This document shows, one piece after another, positions 15,051-28,946 of a DNA stretch of 64,000 nucleotides. This stretch comes from Priapulus caudatus. Its lineage: Eukaryota. The translations under genes and the position numbers were made by a program. Below the pieces are notes generated by a model, which was not told where the DNA came from, searched no databases, and saw nothing but the letters and a program-made list of their open reading frames with translations. The stretch is from the NCBI RefSeq assembly GCF_000485595.1, contig NW_014577072.1, positions 617,413 to 681,412 on the forward strand, written 5' to 3'. Positions within the stretch are counted from its first letter, which is position 1, and every line of letters starts with the position of its first letter.

Positions 15051-15433
15051 CTATATGCCCAATCGTGTGTCGTGTCGTGTATGATGTGTGATGTGTGATG
15101 TGGGTGTGGGTGTGGTGTGTGTTGATGTGTGTGTCGTTTTTGTGTGTGTGTGGTGTGCCTGTGGTGTGTGTGTGTGTGTGTGGTGTGAGTGTGCGGTGGT
15201 GTGCGTCGTGCCTGTGCCCGGTGTGCCTCGCGTGGTGGCGCGCGTGTGTGTTGTGTACCTTGATCTGCGTGAACTTTTAAGACAGCCTCGTTCATTCCAG
15301 CCAGGCTTCGCGGCCACTTTCCTTTATTTATGCTGCAAAACATAACGGTGCTGGGCCCGCGCATGCGATATATATTTCCGCTCAGGCATTAGTATCCAAC
15401 TGGTTATTNNNNNNNNNNNNNNNNNNNNNNNNN

Positions 15434-15518
<85 letters not shown>

Positions 15519-18500
15519 TGTGAGTGTGCGTGTGGTGTGCGTGTGCGTGTGCGTGTGCCTGCGTGTGCGCGTGTGTGTTGTGTACTTGATCCGCCGTGAA
15601 TTTAACCCTGTTCATTCAGCTTCGCGCCTTTCTTTTATTTATGCTGCAAAAACGGTGCTGGCGCGCATGGATTATTTATATGCTCAGCATTATTCCACTG
15701 GTTATATTAGGGCGTGGATGGTGGGGCAGCGGTCCCTCATGAACACGGAGAGTTAAGCACTGTTGCATCGGTTAGAGCGATCTAGTGGCACCGCCGTCTG
15801 GCGCCCATGGTGGAGCGAATGTTATTACATGAGCATCGTTCAGTAGCCATGCCTTCTGGGGGAGGGGGGGGGCACAGTGAAGAAATAATTGTTGCATCTT
15901 TCAGTCAGCGGCGGTCATTGGACAGCGCCGCCTGGTGAGCTTGATGTTGGAAGTATTGGAGCTATTACTTAGATAAGTGCGACTGTGATCCATGTGTCTG
16001 TTACATAGTATCATCGCGCGGCTGGTCAACCTCTGTGTACTGTCCGAGTCAGCTTCACGCGGCTGGCTTACTTGATTAATGGCGCGCCATCTGGGAGTCG
16101 AGCTGAAATCCAACTTGATGCGGTGCCTCGCAGTAAAGGGGTTAAAACCTGCAGATTTATTACTCGAGCGCGAGTGGTAAAGAGTCACTTAACATAAAAT
16201 TCAACTTCCTGGTGTCATTAGCGGGGTGAGACTGGTTAATACTCGGTTTTTCTTTCGCTGCAATCTATAACTCTTTCGAAAATTATTCGAAACACTCAGA
16301 TAAGCTACCAGCAGCCTCTGGAAGTGCTGCGTTTACTGCAATCGATTGTTAAACGCACATTTCGGCCTGCATGCGCGCGCTGCGAACCAGCCGCACGTTA
16401 CGTAATTTCCCAAGCATGCAGCTAGCTCGCAAATCTCCGTCGAAAGCCAAAATGAAATCGAATTTCCAATTATAGAACAAGAAAAACCTTTCTTGGCCAG
16501 CCGCATTCGGTTATTAGGATAACTGATGTGTTTTGAAATTTTTTAGCAAATGATATAAAAAACATTTATCCTATATGAGCAAGCATGTCAGGCGTATAAC
16601 AGAAAATGCAATTTACGCTATATGATATGACACATATTGTCTCGCGGTGTGAACGAAAACGTTAAGGCATATCGTCACCTTTGCCACAGCATTTGTGATT
16701 AACTGGTTGTTACACTGATATATATATATATATCGCTGTAACTAGCTATATATATATATATATANNNNNNNNNNCCCTCGCTCGGATTTCTTGCCAATTT
16801 AGACGTAGGTTCGTCGCAGTTTGTGGCATATTTACTTTCGTGCGAGGAACGACAGTGCGTATATCTTTGGTCTGCGATATCGAAAGCAATGAACGGCAAA
16901 GTAGTTATGGAAGAAATCACGCACGCGCGCACACATATACACAACACACAAACACACGCACGGCCAGGCGGATGTACGGTACAGCAGATATAACAACGTG
17001 GCATATTGAAATGACGCATAATTTATTACGGCGGGGTTCTCGCATAATAAGAATAAAAAGGAAGCATATAGGGAAATACGTCGCGCAGTTCGCATTGCCA
17101 CTCATTGGCCACACGAGGTTAGCTGATCGGCGGCGTAGGATTTCATGCGCTACGCCGCGGCAATCCCTGTGCCCTGCGCGAAATTAAACTTCTAATATAA
17201 TTAGTTAAACCATTACCCTCTCCGCTAAGCTGCGCACTACTTATCGATACAGACGTAGTCGAGCGAATGATTACTTAGCAACTCGTTCGCCAGTGTACTA
17301 TGAGATTATCCACACAGTTCCCTCCGAAATGAGAATTTTACAAGTATTAGGGGGTTTCCTTCGACGCAAACCCTCGCTCGGATTTCTTGCCAATTTAGAC
17401 GTAGGTTCGTCGCAGTTTGTGGCATATTTACTTTCGTGCGAGGAACGACGGTGCGTATATCTTTGGTCTGCGATATCGAAAGCAATGAACGGCAAAGTAG
17501 TTATGGAAGAAATCACGCACACACACGCGCGCACACACATACACAACACACAAACACACGCACACGCACTCACGCACATACGCAGACACATATACACAGA
17601 CACACAGACAGACACACAGACAGACACACAGACAGACACACAGACAGACACACAGACAGACACACAGACAGACACACAGACACACATGCAGATACACAGA
17701 AACACACAGACACCCAGACACACGTACCCACACACTCTCTCTCACGCACACACACACACGCGCGCGCGCACACACACGCACGCACGCACACACACACACG
17801 CGCACGCACGCACGCACACACACGCACACACGCACGCACACACACATGCGCGGTTCGTGTTTCTACCCTTTCTTGCTTAAATAGACGTCGCGCGCACGAC
17901 TTCTGTCGCAGGTGTATGAGTTTTGATTTTGATTGACACGTCTGAGGTCGCGTTCACTTAGCGAACAGTATAAAACTTTTTACTAAAGCTTTTCAGTTTC
18001 AATTATTTAGCACATTAATCCTGGGCCGCGCGAACGCCCGCATTCTCTAGAAAGAATATCACGAACGAAAAATGAAATCGAACTCGACAGCGTAGAACCC
18101 CGGCATTGAAAATGCGGCGATGTTATATAAGCTAAGTCTATTCATTCTCACCACAACGAGCTGATCGCATTCCACGGCACGCGTCAAGCTTGACAATACC
18201 CACGTCTGTGTTCAGATCAGCATGGTGCTAGTCTTCTATCAGCCGGCTGCGTGTGTATATATCGTATATTACAGCCGTATAGTGCCCTGCGCTGATGGAA
18301 ACTATCCTGAACTATGGTCGAGAAAAAAACATGGCGGGTGCGATGGCCCTTTATTGCGCAGCAAACTTTCCGAAAATAATTCTCCCTTACTAAATAAGAG
18401 TGCGTGTTTATTGAGGTACTTTTATTCCGTGCGATAGCAAAGGAATACATTTCGTTATTGGTTTTTTTTTGTTTCCGATGCAAAATAAAATTTCTCAACA

Positions 18501-20509
18501 TCACCGGCGAACAAGAAATGAGGGTCCGCGTGGGTCACTGGAGAATCACGGTCGCTGCGTTGTAAGGCAAGAAATCCTACCTCACTGTTCAACTTGCTCT
18601 GCATGTGGACGCAAGTAAATGTAATTGGTAAGGGACTAGTGATGCTCCCTAGTCTCATTCTGAAGGAAGCTAGGATTACTACGGTTCGTGTGTACAGCAA
18701 TTGTGCTAGGTCTGGTACCACTGCCCAGCTTTGTACATGTCGTTATAAGTATCACTGAGCGACACTCGATTTTCAGTTTTGCAGCCTATATCACTCTTAC
18801 TCGTAAGAGACGTTCTCTTATGGCAAATAGTGATATAACCCCTTATGAGCTGTTGAAGATAACTGGCTCGTCGAAATCACGTTGGTCGACACGCACGAAC
18901 AATGTCTAACGCCGCCTCTGTTATCTTTCTATTATTGTGATTATCATGGATAAATTGAATTAACATAATAGCAACAGAACTATTTTGAATGTCGAATAGC
19001 CGCATACTAGGTAAATGATAGACACGTTCTAAATTTGAGGGGATCTTCTATAGAAATTGGTGGTATGTTTAAGTAAGACGTTAAGCACTACCAGCGTAAC
19101 CAGTGTTGTAGTCTTATATACCCGTCCAAGCAATGCTTATAATTGCAATCCGAGCATGAGAGTATTAAAGCAATTATTTCAAACAGTTTTCCTGACCGTT
19201 CTTCTATTTGTCCAACCAACATTATTTGTTATTTTATGTACCATAACAGTATAAACCCATGATAATTTTTATATTGAAGTAATCAATAACATGTTCGTCA
19301 TTAGGTGAGAGTATATTGCGCTATATTTGGCCCGATTGTGCAGTTATTTATGAAATAATTCCTTTAAAGTGGGAACCCTATACCATATGACTCGCCCTAC
19401 ATATTTTAATAGTCGAGTGAAGGTTGCTCTGCCTCACTGTCTCCCCCGGGCAATTGTGCGAGCACGAGTCTCATCATAGAAACAATGAACAAATTCGATT
19501 TTATCCACCTCGTTCAGTGCAGTATAGAAAATCTATCTATCGATCAGTATATATCTCAGTAAGATGATTAGCTATTGATGCAATTACTACGGTCTAGCCA
19601 ACGCGTTAGTTTAAACACAATACAATAGTATATCTAAACTATTACCTGCAATACCTCAATGGTTAGACACTCTAAAACATTATAGTCGTAATGTCATTGG
19701 CTTCGCTGCTAAACCGCGCTAACAAGTAATATGGTAAATATACTTATAAGTATTAGATTAGCTTCTTATACGCGAACGTAATCATGGTGAGATATCATAT
19801 ATATTGCATCCGCTGTTCCATGTATTATTAACGCACGTAGTGTGGTGTTGGCTGTCTCTACGAAGTGCCAACTCCGATATTACTTATTGAAGTGTTCTAC
19901 ATCAGTGTGTTTTTTCTGCGTCGACTCAACGACGCAAAAACGATCATTTACACCCCGTATACCTCTAAACTTCGTGCATCGCTCGGCGCCGGTATATGAA
20001 CAACGCTCTCGCACAGCTCGCTGCATAGCAAACGTCGATAGCGAAAATCACTTTAGTTGAAAAGAAGAGGCTAATGATTGCGGTTGAGAGCGTGTTGGCC
20101 CCGCCGGCGCTGCTCGCGGACAGGAAGTCGACAATCAGCGCATGCAGGAAGAAGGCGGTGGAACCTCTGGCACGGTGCGCGCACGCGGGGACTTCACACG
20201 TGACTCCGTCATGCGGTCTGGCCGCCAGCATGCAGCTCGGCCGGCACCGACTCGGTGATTTAGAGACAGACAAAACCCGATGTGTGTGTATACTTCGGCT
20301 AACCGCACGCCGCGCTGTGCCGCCGCGTTCGGCGATTTCGCTAAGACGCGAGCAATATGAGCCCGCAATTGCGCGCCACACGACACCGTTAAAGCTCTCA
20401 TTCTCTTTCTCACTCTCTCAAGCGCGCGCGCTCTATCTCCCTCACACTCTTTTTCGCACACACACAACACACTTCTTCTACCCACGGACACACATACACT
20501 CACATAAAC

Positions 20510-20573
<64 letters not shown>

Positions 20574-20680
20574 CACGAAACATCTCTCTATTCGTCGCCT
20601 CTCTCTCTCGTCTCTCTCTCTCTTTCACTCTTCTCTCTCTCTCTCTCTCTCTCTCTCCTCTCCTGTCCCTCCTCTCTCTC

Positions 20681-20722
<42 letters not shown>

Positions 20723-21778
20723 CTCCTTTCACTTCTGTTGTGTGGGACGTAGATTCGGTTGCCTCGCCGAGATGGCACGCGAACGCTAGGCTCCGCAGCG
20801 AAATGCCGCTGTTATCGTTTTATCGCCGCGCCGCATGAAATATTCACGAGTCCAACTTATGGTAAAGAAGTTATCGGCAACATTTTCTATTCCCGTTGTT
20901 AAAACTATACGGTTGCAGCCGTGTATTATGTACAGCTAGGCATTGTGCGTGCGTGCGTGCGTGTGTGTGTGCGTGCGTGCGTGTATGCTTGCTCGCTTGC
21001 GTGTGTGTACATGCATGCGTGTTTGTTTGCGCGCGCGCGCGTGTGTCTTAACGCAGGCAGTGCAGTAGTGGTAGTCATTTAGCCATGCAGCCGCTTGCGA
21101 CCAGCGATTTCGCGAAGCAGCATGCGTATCGAGCGCTTCATTTACCAAAAATATTTAATCGATTCGCGAAATTAGAACTAATGCAATTTGCAGGACCGGG
21201 AAACGCTACGAGACACCAATTGTTCACAATTTGGGGAGGCAAAATCGAATAAGTGAAGGTCTGGGAAATGCGCTGCATGACCCGCGTATATAACGTGATA
21301 TATGCAGAGACGATAGCGAAACGTGTTATCGATACTTATTTATTATGTCGCAATGTCCCACGTGACGTAAATCTATACACGTAACCACACAGGAATTGTT
21401 GTTTGTGTGTTAATATATAAACCAAGACCGACTACCTTAGTAATTAAAGCTTTAATTGTCAAGAGGTTAGCACATCCGTATGTGCTTGTGTTCCCTCCAT
21501 GCGCAATAGTGTATATAGCGGTTTTATACAGTTGTTGTTGTCGTCGGTATATACGCCGATAGTGCCGTGGCGCGTGTAATCGCGAACAAATATGGGTAAT
21601 CTACAGATGTAATAGATGTATGTACGAGTGAATATGATTCTACGCGCAGAGGCACTCGTATGAAAACTTTCTCAACGACCACAATTACGTCGCGAAGAGA
21701 ACGAAAGCACGAGAGAATGTAATCGTAGGTTTGTAGGATGATTTTCATAAGGCGACATTTCATTTCTCTTTTTCGCAG

Positions 21779-21891
21779 TGTCTGCGAGTATGAACGCGTA
21801 CTTTGATCCATACACGCCACGCAATGTTACAACGGAGCTCGATGAAACCATATTCATGCAGTGCAGGGTTCACAATCTGGATGGGAAAACG
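21779..21891 (+). CDS. Dpr-like exon: first half of Ig1 ([37 protein letters not shown])
   Basis: Polypyrimidine acceptor tttctctttttcgcag and donor gtaagt. Translation contains the first Ig cysteine. Not in the ORF track. Confidence 0.9.
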
Positions 21892-24800
21892 GTAAGTATC
21901 TAATTTATATTATATTTATATAAGTGTGTGTGCGTCTTGGTAGTCTGATTAATAAATTACCAGATGATCATGGTTAAAACACGGTTGCAATTCAAAACCG
22001 GGCCGTGATTTAAAACATATAGCCGCGATACAGCCATTGCCGCGTTTAAATCATGGCCGCAATAAAAAAAACATACCCGAATTAAAACGCGGCCGTGATT
22101 GAAACATGGCCGCGATTAAAACATGGCCGATCGATAAAAACATGGCCGAATTATAACATGGCCGCGATTACAACATGGCCTTGATAAAAAAAAACATGGC
22201 CAAATTCAACATGGCCGCGCCTAATGCAATGCGCGGCTGATATGCGCCTTTAATTATAAACACAAACCTGCAGGCTTTAACGGCGTTGCAAAAATCATCA
22301 GATGGAGCACACAGACAATCTCGCGAGAATGTTTTTTAAAAAAAAAAAACCCAGAATCTATTAAATGCAAATGAATGAAGGCGGGATTCGAAATAATAAA
22401 TTGCCAATCAAAACCGCTTCAGACGCCGCATTTTTAGTTTCGCCTGGATACCAGATCCGTTATTATGGCGAAATCATTGTAGGATTGTAAGTTAGTTTTG
22501 GTATGAATTTCCCTCTCTACCTAATCTAGAACTGATGCAATTTGTTGTGATTTCGAATAAATTCGCGCAGACTTTGAGTAACTGCGACATAACCCCGAGC
22601 ATCCATTTTGACAGGGACTTGTACCGAATCCGATATATCGATCTTTTCTCACTTCTGCATTTGGTGTAGGTATAGCAGCACGAAAGCTACTAGCTGACTG
22701 CATCGGGTGGAGCCAAGCAAGTGATATATATGCTTCAGCGAGCCGTAATAATACAGACTGTTGACAAAACCCATCAGCGCGGCTCCGCTGCCTTCCAGCC
22801 TGATAGCAATTCCGTTCGTGTTGACAAAGTGGACGCGCGGCTAAGATGGTGGGCAGGTTTACGGCTGAGTTCATCGCGCTGACCGCCTCCCGACTTAGAC
22901 GAGCGAGATGACGAACGTCTCTCTATTCTTTTCGTTAGCAGGTGTCCTGGATCCGCAGGCACGACTTGCAGATTCTGACCATCGGCGAGATGACATTTAC
23001 GCCGGACAAGCGCTTCCGGGTCATCCACGAGTCGGGATCGACCGACTGGACGCTGCAGCTGAAGCATGCCAAACAGGAAGACGCCGGCATCTACGAGTGC
23101 CAAGTCAGCAGCAACCCGACCGTCAGCTTGCTCGTCTCCTTGACGATACTAAGTAAAAGTCTAAATCTACTGGCAATGTCGTCGCGCGCGGCGCGATAGA
23201 AATATCAAACGCGCGTCGCGCCCCCGAATCGATGCCAATACAGTATCTGTGCTTCCAGCGGGACCATAGTTATACAATCTGTTTAAACATGCAAGCCAGC
23301 CGCGAAGAAAACACTGGTGTTACTCGTCTTAACATGCCCGTAGCGAGCGCGCGGCAACCTACGTGTGCAGATTCACTATAGCGATGTTCGAAACTTAATG
23401 AATCAATCAATACACACGCGCACACACGCACACAAACCTTTCAGAATTGCACGGCGCGCGCATTTATCACAGGCGACTGATTCGCCTCCCGAGTGCTAGA
23501 AAAACAAACTCATATCTTAAATCGACGAGCATCAGTACTGCACATCGTTGATTAACCCCTCGGCAAAGCCACTATATGAATTACCACGTTAGGTGCAGGA
23601 CGATGACCTGACTATAATCGCCGAAACGTATCGATCTTCGATGAATCCTAAAATGAGATCGCGTCAACTGCTTTGCATTGTTGTCACTTGTCGCCGATAG
23701 GTGTCAACGTAATGTAAACACAATGACGCATAGCCCGTTATTACAGTGATTGCGGAATGCTGTTTAGCTCGACTTTTCACATCAATATTCAGTTGACGTG
23801 CGCACGTCAATTAGTCACTTTTCGGAGTGAAATGTCGCGACATGTAGGTCAATACGAAGCAGGGCGACTCGCTCGACATCGCGACATCAATAATCTAAAA
23901 TCGGAAGCTTAGTTGACAAATCACTAAATAGTGCGCGCGTGATTGCGTGTGTGATTGTGCGCGTGTGTGCGTGAGTACTTGTGCGCGTGTGAGCGTAAGT
24001 ACGTGTGTGCGTGGGTGCGTGAGTGCGTGGGTGCGTGGGTGCGTGGGTGCGTGTGTGCGTGTGTGCGTGAGTACGTGTGTGCGTGGGTGCGTGTGTGCGT
24101 AAGTGCGTGTGTGCGTGGGTGCGTGTGCGCGTGAGTGCGTGTGTGCGTGTGTGCGTGGGTGCGTGTGCGCGTGAGTGCGTGTGTGCGTGTGTGCGTGGGT
24201 GTGTGTGTGTGCGTGAGCGCGTGTGTGCTTGAGCGCGCGTTCGTGTGTGTGTGTGTATGTGTGTGTGCGTGCGTGCGTGTGTGTGCGCGCGTGCGTGTGT
24301 GCGTGTGTGCGTAAGTGCGTGAGTGCGTGTGTGCGTGAGCGCATGTGTGTGCGCGGGCGCGCGTGTGCGCTCGTGTGTGCGCGGGCGCGCGTGTGCGTGA
24401 GTGTGCGTGTGTGCGTAAGTGTGCGTGTGTGCGTGAGTGTGTGCGTGCGTGTGCGCGCGCGTGTGTGCGCGGGCGCGCGTATGCGTGAGTGTGTGCGCGT
24501 GTGTTTGCGCGCGTGTGCGTGAGTGTGCGTGTGTGCGTGCGTGTGTGCGCGTGTGTTTGCGCGCGTGTGCGTGTTTTTTTCCTCACTCGGCCGCCCGATG
24601 AATATTTCAGGATCCGAAGTGGCAATTCACGGCAACTTCTACGTGCAGCTCGGCAGTCCGCTTAAACTTCGCTGTAACGTGACGGCATCGCCGTCACCGC
24701 CCGTGCGCGTCTACTGGTACCACAACGACAGCATGATACAATACGACCAGCAGTCGCAGCGCACGCAGGTGTTCTACGAACTCACCGAGTACTCCACGAC

Positions 24801-27800
24801 GAGTATTCTAATAGTGCAGGACGCGAAGCGAACTGATTCCGGCAAATACACGTGCAAGGCGAATTCTGCCGACAACAAAAGTGCTGACGTTGTCGTCACC
24901 AACGGTGAGTTTAATTAACATGTACGGGCGAAGCGCCACGACAGCGCGGGGCTTTGGTCGCGCCGAAGAGCGGCGCTGACATTTCTCGTTGTTATTACAC
25001 TGTCGCATTCGGCGGGCGTTTTAATTTTACGCTGACAGTCGTCGTTTGATTGCCTTTCGTTTCCCCGGGCATAATACGAAATCTGCCGGTAGCTGAATAT
25101 ATATCTCGGCTTGTTCGCGATTTTCCGTTTCGAGTCATATATCTGCGCCGCGCCGTAGGACGCGACTACGAAATGCGCAACTTTATTTGATATTTCGCGA
25201 TAATATTAAACGCCCGCGCGTTATAGTTGGTAAACCTCCTAAGGCATAAATAATCAAAAGCGTACACAACGACGTCCCCGCGCGCACGCACTCGAGCACG
25301 CACATGCGGCGACTAATAAACGCACAGAGGAAGACGTCAGCGCGCACGCATGTGCGCGCTTGTACGCCTACTTGAATACTGCGCCGAGGAGAGGAACGCA
25401 TCATCGCAAGGGTTGCAAACTAAAAATCAAGTAATTGAGTAGAACGGTATTTTCTTGCGGCGACGGCGCATGATGTCGCATCTTCGTATTGGTACTGACG
25501 GCCGGTGCGCAACGTAGTAACAGCATTACGGGCCGTGTGCGACGCGAAATCCAAATCTAATGGACGATTAATGTCCTTTCTATCTGGGCCCGTCTGTCGA
25601 ATACGCCGTAAGTCGCATCCGTTACAGGGCAGACAAAAAGACCTGCCAAAATCGGCAGAGTAACGAATGATTCAATCATGCGGCTCTTGTCGTACGAGAA
25701 CGTCGCGTTTGTCGGTGCGTGGCTCGTGTCTTGCTACTGCCTGCCTGGTGTCCGAGTATGGCAGTCACTGGTGTCCGAGTATGGCAGTCACTGGTGTCCG
25801 AGTATGGTAGTCACTGGTGTCCGAGTATGGTAGTCACTGGTGGCCGAGTATGGCAGTCACTGGTGTCCGAGTATGGCAGTCACTGGTGTCCGAGTATGGT
25901 AGTCACTGGTGTCCGAGTATGGTTGTCACTAGTGTCCGAGTATGGTAGTCACTGGTGTCCGAGTATGGTAGGTAGTCCAGGCGTGGTGTCAACGGATATT
26001 GATAGTATTACTGCGTGGCCGATGTATGGGCACTCAGGCTGTATCTGCGAGTATGGCAGTCACCTGTTGTCCGAGTAGTGATAGCCACTGTGCCCATGAG
26101 TAGGCTAGTCAGTGCGGTATCGGCGAGTAATGATAGTCAGCTGTGTCGCAGNNNNNNNNNNNNNNNNNNNNNNNNNNNNNNNNNNNNNNNNNNNNNNNNN
26201 NNNNNNNNNNNNNNNNNNNNNNNNNNNNNNNNNNNNNNNNNNNNNNNNNNNNNNNNNNNNNNNNNNNNNNNNNNNNNNNNNNNNNNNNNNNNNNNNNNNN
26301 NNNNNNNNNNNNNNNNNNNNNNNNNNNNNNNNNNNNNNNNNNNNNNNNNNNNNNNNNNNNNNNNNNNNNNNNNNNNNNNNNNNNNNNNNNNNNNNNNNNN
26401 NNNNNNNNNNNNNNNNNNNNNNNNNNNNNNNNNNNNNNNNNNNNNNNNNNNNNNNNNNNNNNNNNNNNNNNNNNNNNNNNNNNNNNNNNNNNNNNNNNNN
26501 NNNNNNNNNNNNNNNNNNNNNNNNNNNNNNNNNNNNNNNNNNNNNNNNNNNNNNNNNNNNNNNNNNNNNNNNNNNNNNNNNNNNNNNNNNNNNNNNNNNN
26601 NNNNNNNNNNNNNNNNNNNNNNNNNNNNNNNNNNNNNNNNNNNNNNNNNNNNNNNNNNNNNNNNNNNNNNNNNNNNNNNNNNNNNNNNNNNNNNNNNNNN
26701 NNNNNNNNNNNNNNNNNNNNNNNNNNNNNNNNNNNNNNNNNNNNNNNNNNNNNNNNNNNNNNNNNNNNNNNNNNNNNNNNNNNNNNNNNNNNNNNNNNNN
26801 NNNNNNNNNNNNNNNNNNNNNNNNNNNNNNNNNNNNNNNNNNNNNNNNNNNNNNNNNNNNNNNNNNNNNNNNNNNNNNNNNNNNNNNNNNNNNNNNNNNN
26901 NNNNNNNNNNNNNNNNNNNNNNNNNNNNNNNNNNNNNNNNNNNNNNNNNNNNNNNNNNNNNNNNNNNNNNNNNNNNNNNNNNNNNNNNNNNNNNNNNNNN
27001 NNNNNNNNNNNNNNNNNNNNNNNNNNNNNNNNNNNNNNNNNNNNNNNNNNNNNNNNNNNNNNNNNNNNNNNNNNNNNNNNNNNNNNNNNNNNNNNNNNNN
27101 NNNNNNNNNNNNNNNNNNNNNNTGCATGCTTGATCTACCAGCGCTGTATGCTTGATCTACCAGTGTTGCATGCTTGATCTACCAGTGTTGCATGCTTGAT
27201 CTACCAGTGTTGCATGCTTGATCTACCAGTGTTGCATGCTTGATCTACTAGTGCTGCATGCTTGGTCTACAAGTGCTGCTTGATTGATGCCTTGGCAGGG
27301 CATGCTTGTTGTACCAGCGGTACATGCTCCCAGTCCCGCTTGCATATGTATTGTGTTCTATCGCTGCGTGCTTGGATTCTTATAGCAATGCATTCCCGAT
27401 ATACCAGTACTGCAAGGTTGGTGCTTTAGTAGTATACATAATACTTGCGTGTCCCAGTGCTAAATTCTTGTGCATCTGTGATTTAATGGTACACGATCAG
27501 TGAAACAGCGCATGCGCGTGGAACAGATTTTTCCAGCTGGCTATCCTGACGTGCCATACCCCAAACATTGCTCTAAGCATTACTCCCCCACCGTCCCGAT
27601 AAATTAATGAGAATGCAAATAAGCCAGAAAGGTCTCCGCGTGCTGCTTGTGGTTATTTAGCGCATTCGCCAGCACACCTGCACAGCTTACGCTTAATTAG
27701 AACTCAGTAGCTCAGAAAACCGATTGCTGCCGCTACAATCGCTGTTATGAAAAATTCCCGTCTTTTTTCGTCTGTATCGACGTCTGTGGCGGTATTCATG

Positions 27801-28946
27801 TACGCCCATTACCCACGCACGCACTCACACACGTACACACAGACGCACACACCCATTTTCACAAGCGATTTTTGCTTAAACAAGTATATCAAGTATATTT
27901 ATAGTGGCCAGTCTGAGAGCAATTTTCGCTACGAACTCATGCGAGTGCATGCGGCATACCTTTTGTAAAGCATTAACTGGATTCAAATTTTACCCCGACG
28001 CTAAAGTTTTATGGACTTCGTGATATGTTTGTAATTTTTCATGTTTGTTTCTGTGGTCATAATCGTTTTACGTGTGTGGGGAGGCATTTAGGCATACAAT
28101 AGGAAGGCATGCAACTTGTTAGATGAAACATTTATCCGATTATAAACTGCGTTTGTTTCTCCGTGTGCAGTGCATGCTGTGTCAATATACGATGCCACCA
28201 CCGAGATCCAATATACACACCTACTTCAAAATCACATTTGCTTTTTAAACTTGGCATTCAAACACATATTCAGCATGCAGGGTCCTTTCGAATTCATACT
28301 CAATCTCTTTAACGCTATATCTATATACACGTATAAATGTGTGTGGGTGTGTAATGCATAGATATCGCTTCGTATATTATTCTAATTCTCATATATTTAC
28401 CCTTTTCTTAATTTTAACTTCGCCAACTATCAATATTTCTGACGCGTCCTAGTCATGTTTACACAGTGATTGCGGCTCGTGTTTTGACAGTAATCGTATT
28501 TCTAACGCGCATTTTCTCTATTGATAGGAAAGCACACGCAGGCCATAGTTGACATGTCATCGCAATCATCGTCAACGTCGGCGGCGGTGTCGCTGTCGGG
28601 CAGACTATACACTGTCGTCGCGGGGTTGCTGTTGTCGCTGCTGCTGACGGCTGTGCAGAGAGGCTGCTTCCTTCGGTCGGACAGTTCTACGCCGACACGC
28701 GTCAGAGGAAGGCCCGCCGGTACTGTGAGGTGCTGTCGCAGCAATTGCCAACGGCTCCGGTCAAATATAAGTGCAATTTCGTGGAGCAAGCGCGAGGATA
28801 GGCTGCTGACGTCACGCCGGGTCGCTGACACTGCTGCTGATTCTACAGCCGATGACGTGGTGTCGGCGATAAGAGACGTTGTAAGCGAATCGGCCGATAC
28901 TAAGTGGAGAATAAAGAAATCAAGCGTACCAGATATCAGTTACTAG
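21779..28946 (+). CDS. Gene model, 5'-incomplete: Dpr (defective proboscis extension response)/ZIG-8-like two-Ig-domain neuronal surface protein; join(21779..21891,22942..23152,24611..24904,28528..28946)
   Basis: All four exons join in frame across GT-AG introns (phases 0, 1, 1). Ig1 reads [66 protein letters not shown], matching the Dpr Ig1 signature. Ig2 reads [21 protein letters not shown] linker and hydrophobic segment follow. Confidence 0.9.
21990..22220. repeat. ~19-bp minisatellite (aaacatggccgcgatt)n in Dpr intron
   Basis: About 11 degenerate units. Confidence 0.8.
22942..23152 (+). CDS. Dpr-like exon: second half of Ig1 ([15 protein letters not shown]...[20 protein letters not shown])
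   Basis: Acceptor ttcgttagcag. Phase-1 donor gtaaaa at 23153. Contains the DxGxYxC Ig motif. Confidence 0.92.
23930..24572. repeat. (GT)/(GTGC)-type microsatellite in Dpr intron
   Basis: Read directly. Similar CA/GT/GA tracts occur at ~965-1440, 2238-2340, 4340-4480, 5445-5750, 6175-6292, 10550-10645, 12215-12800, 15065-15580, 17515-17850, 20455-20720, 40300-40405, 40870-41425, 44490-44640, 45178-45510, 48075-48230, 52635-52760 and 60107-60360. Confidence 0.9.
24611..24904 (+). CDS. Dpr-like exon: Ig2 ([24 protein letters not shown]...[23 protein letters not shown])
   Basis: Acceptor atttcag and donor gtgagt. Ig C...W...DSGKYTC pattern. Phase 1/1 exon, typical of Ig domains. Confidence 0.92.
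25745..26100. repeat. 23-bp minisatellite (ggtgtccgagtatggcagtcact)n in Dpr intron
   Basis: About 10 clean units, then degenerate units running into the N gap. Confidence 0.9.
26152..27122. other. Assembly gap (971 N) within the last Dpr intron
   Basis: N run flanked by two different minisatellites. Confidence 0.99.
27123..27330. repeat. 22-bp minisatellite (tgcatgcttgatctaccagtgt)n
   Basis: About 7 clean units emerging from the N gap. Confidence 0.9.
28528..28946 (+). CDS. Dpr-like terminal exon: Ser-rich linker, hydrophobic segment [17 protein letters not shown] and 96-aa tail
   Basis: Acceptor ttttctctattgatag. The phase-1 join gives [11 protein letters not shown], similar to the post-Ig2 segment of Dprs. 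Open to TAG at 28944-28946. The 3' boundary is less certain than the 5'. Confidence 0.7.

Noticed and set aside
15230..15710. Duplicated unique sequence on both sides of gap 15409-15433
   Set aside because: The left copy is an indel-rich version of the right; typical of an unmerged overlap or noisy fill.
15745..15780. 5S rRNA-like snippet (gagttaagcactgttgcatcggttag)
   Set aside because: Too short and divergent; the rest of the gene is not visible.
16775..17565. Direct duplication 16775-16960 versus 17371-17563
   Set aside because: The first copy starts exactly at a gap edge and is near-identical; most likely an assembly or haplotype artefact.
25745..25970. Regular 23-bp repeats, superficially CRISPR-like
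   Set aside because: Head-to-tail units without unique spacers, in a eukaryotic intron, with no cas genes.
26015..27177. 340-372 aa ORFs in the track
   Set aside because: They consist of X residues translated from the N gap.
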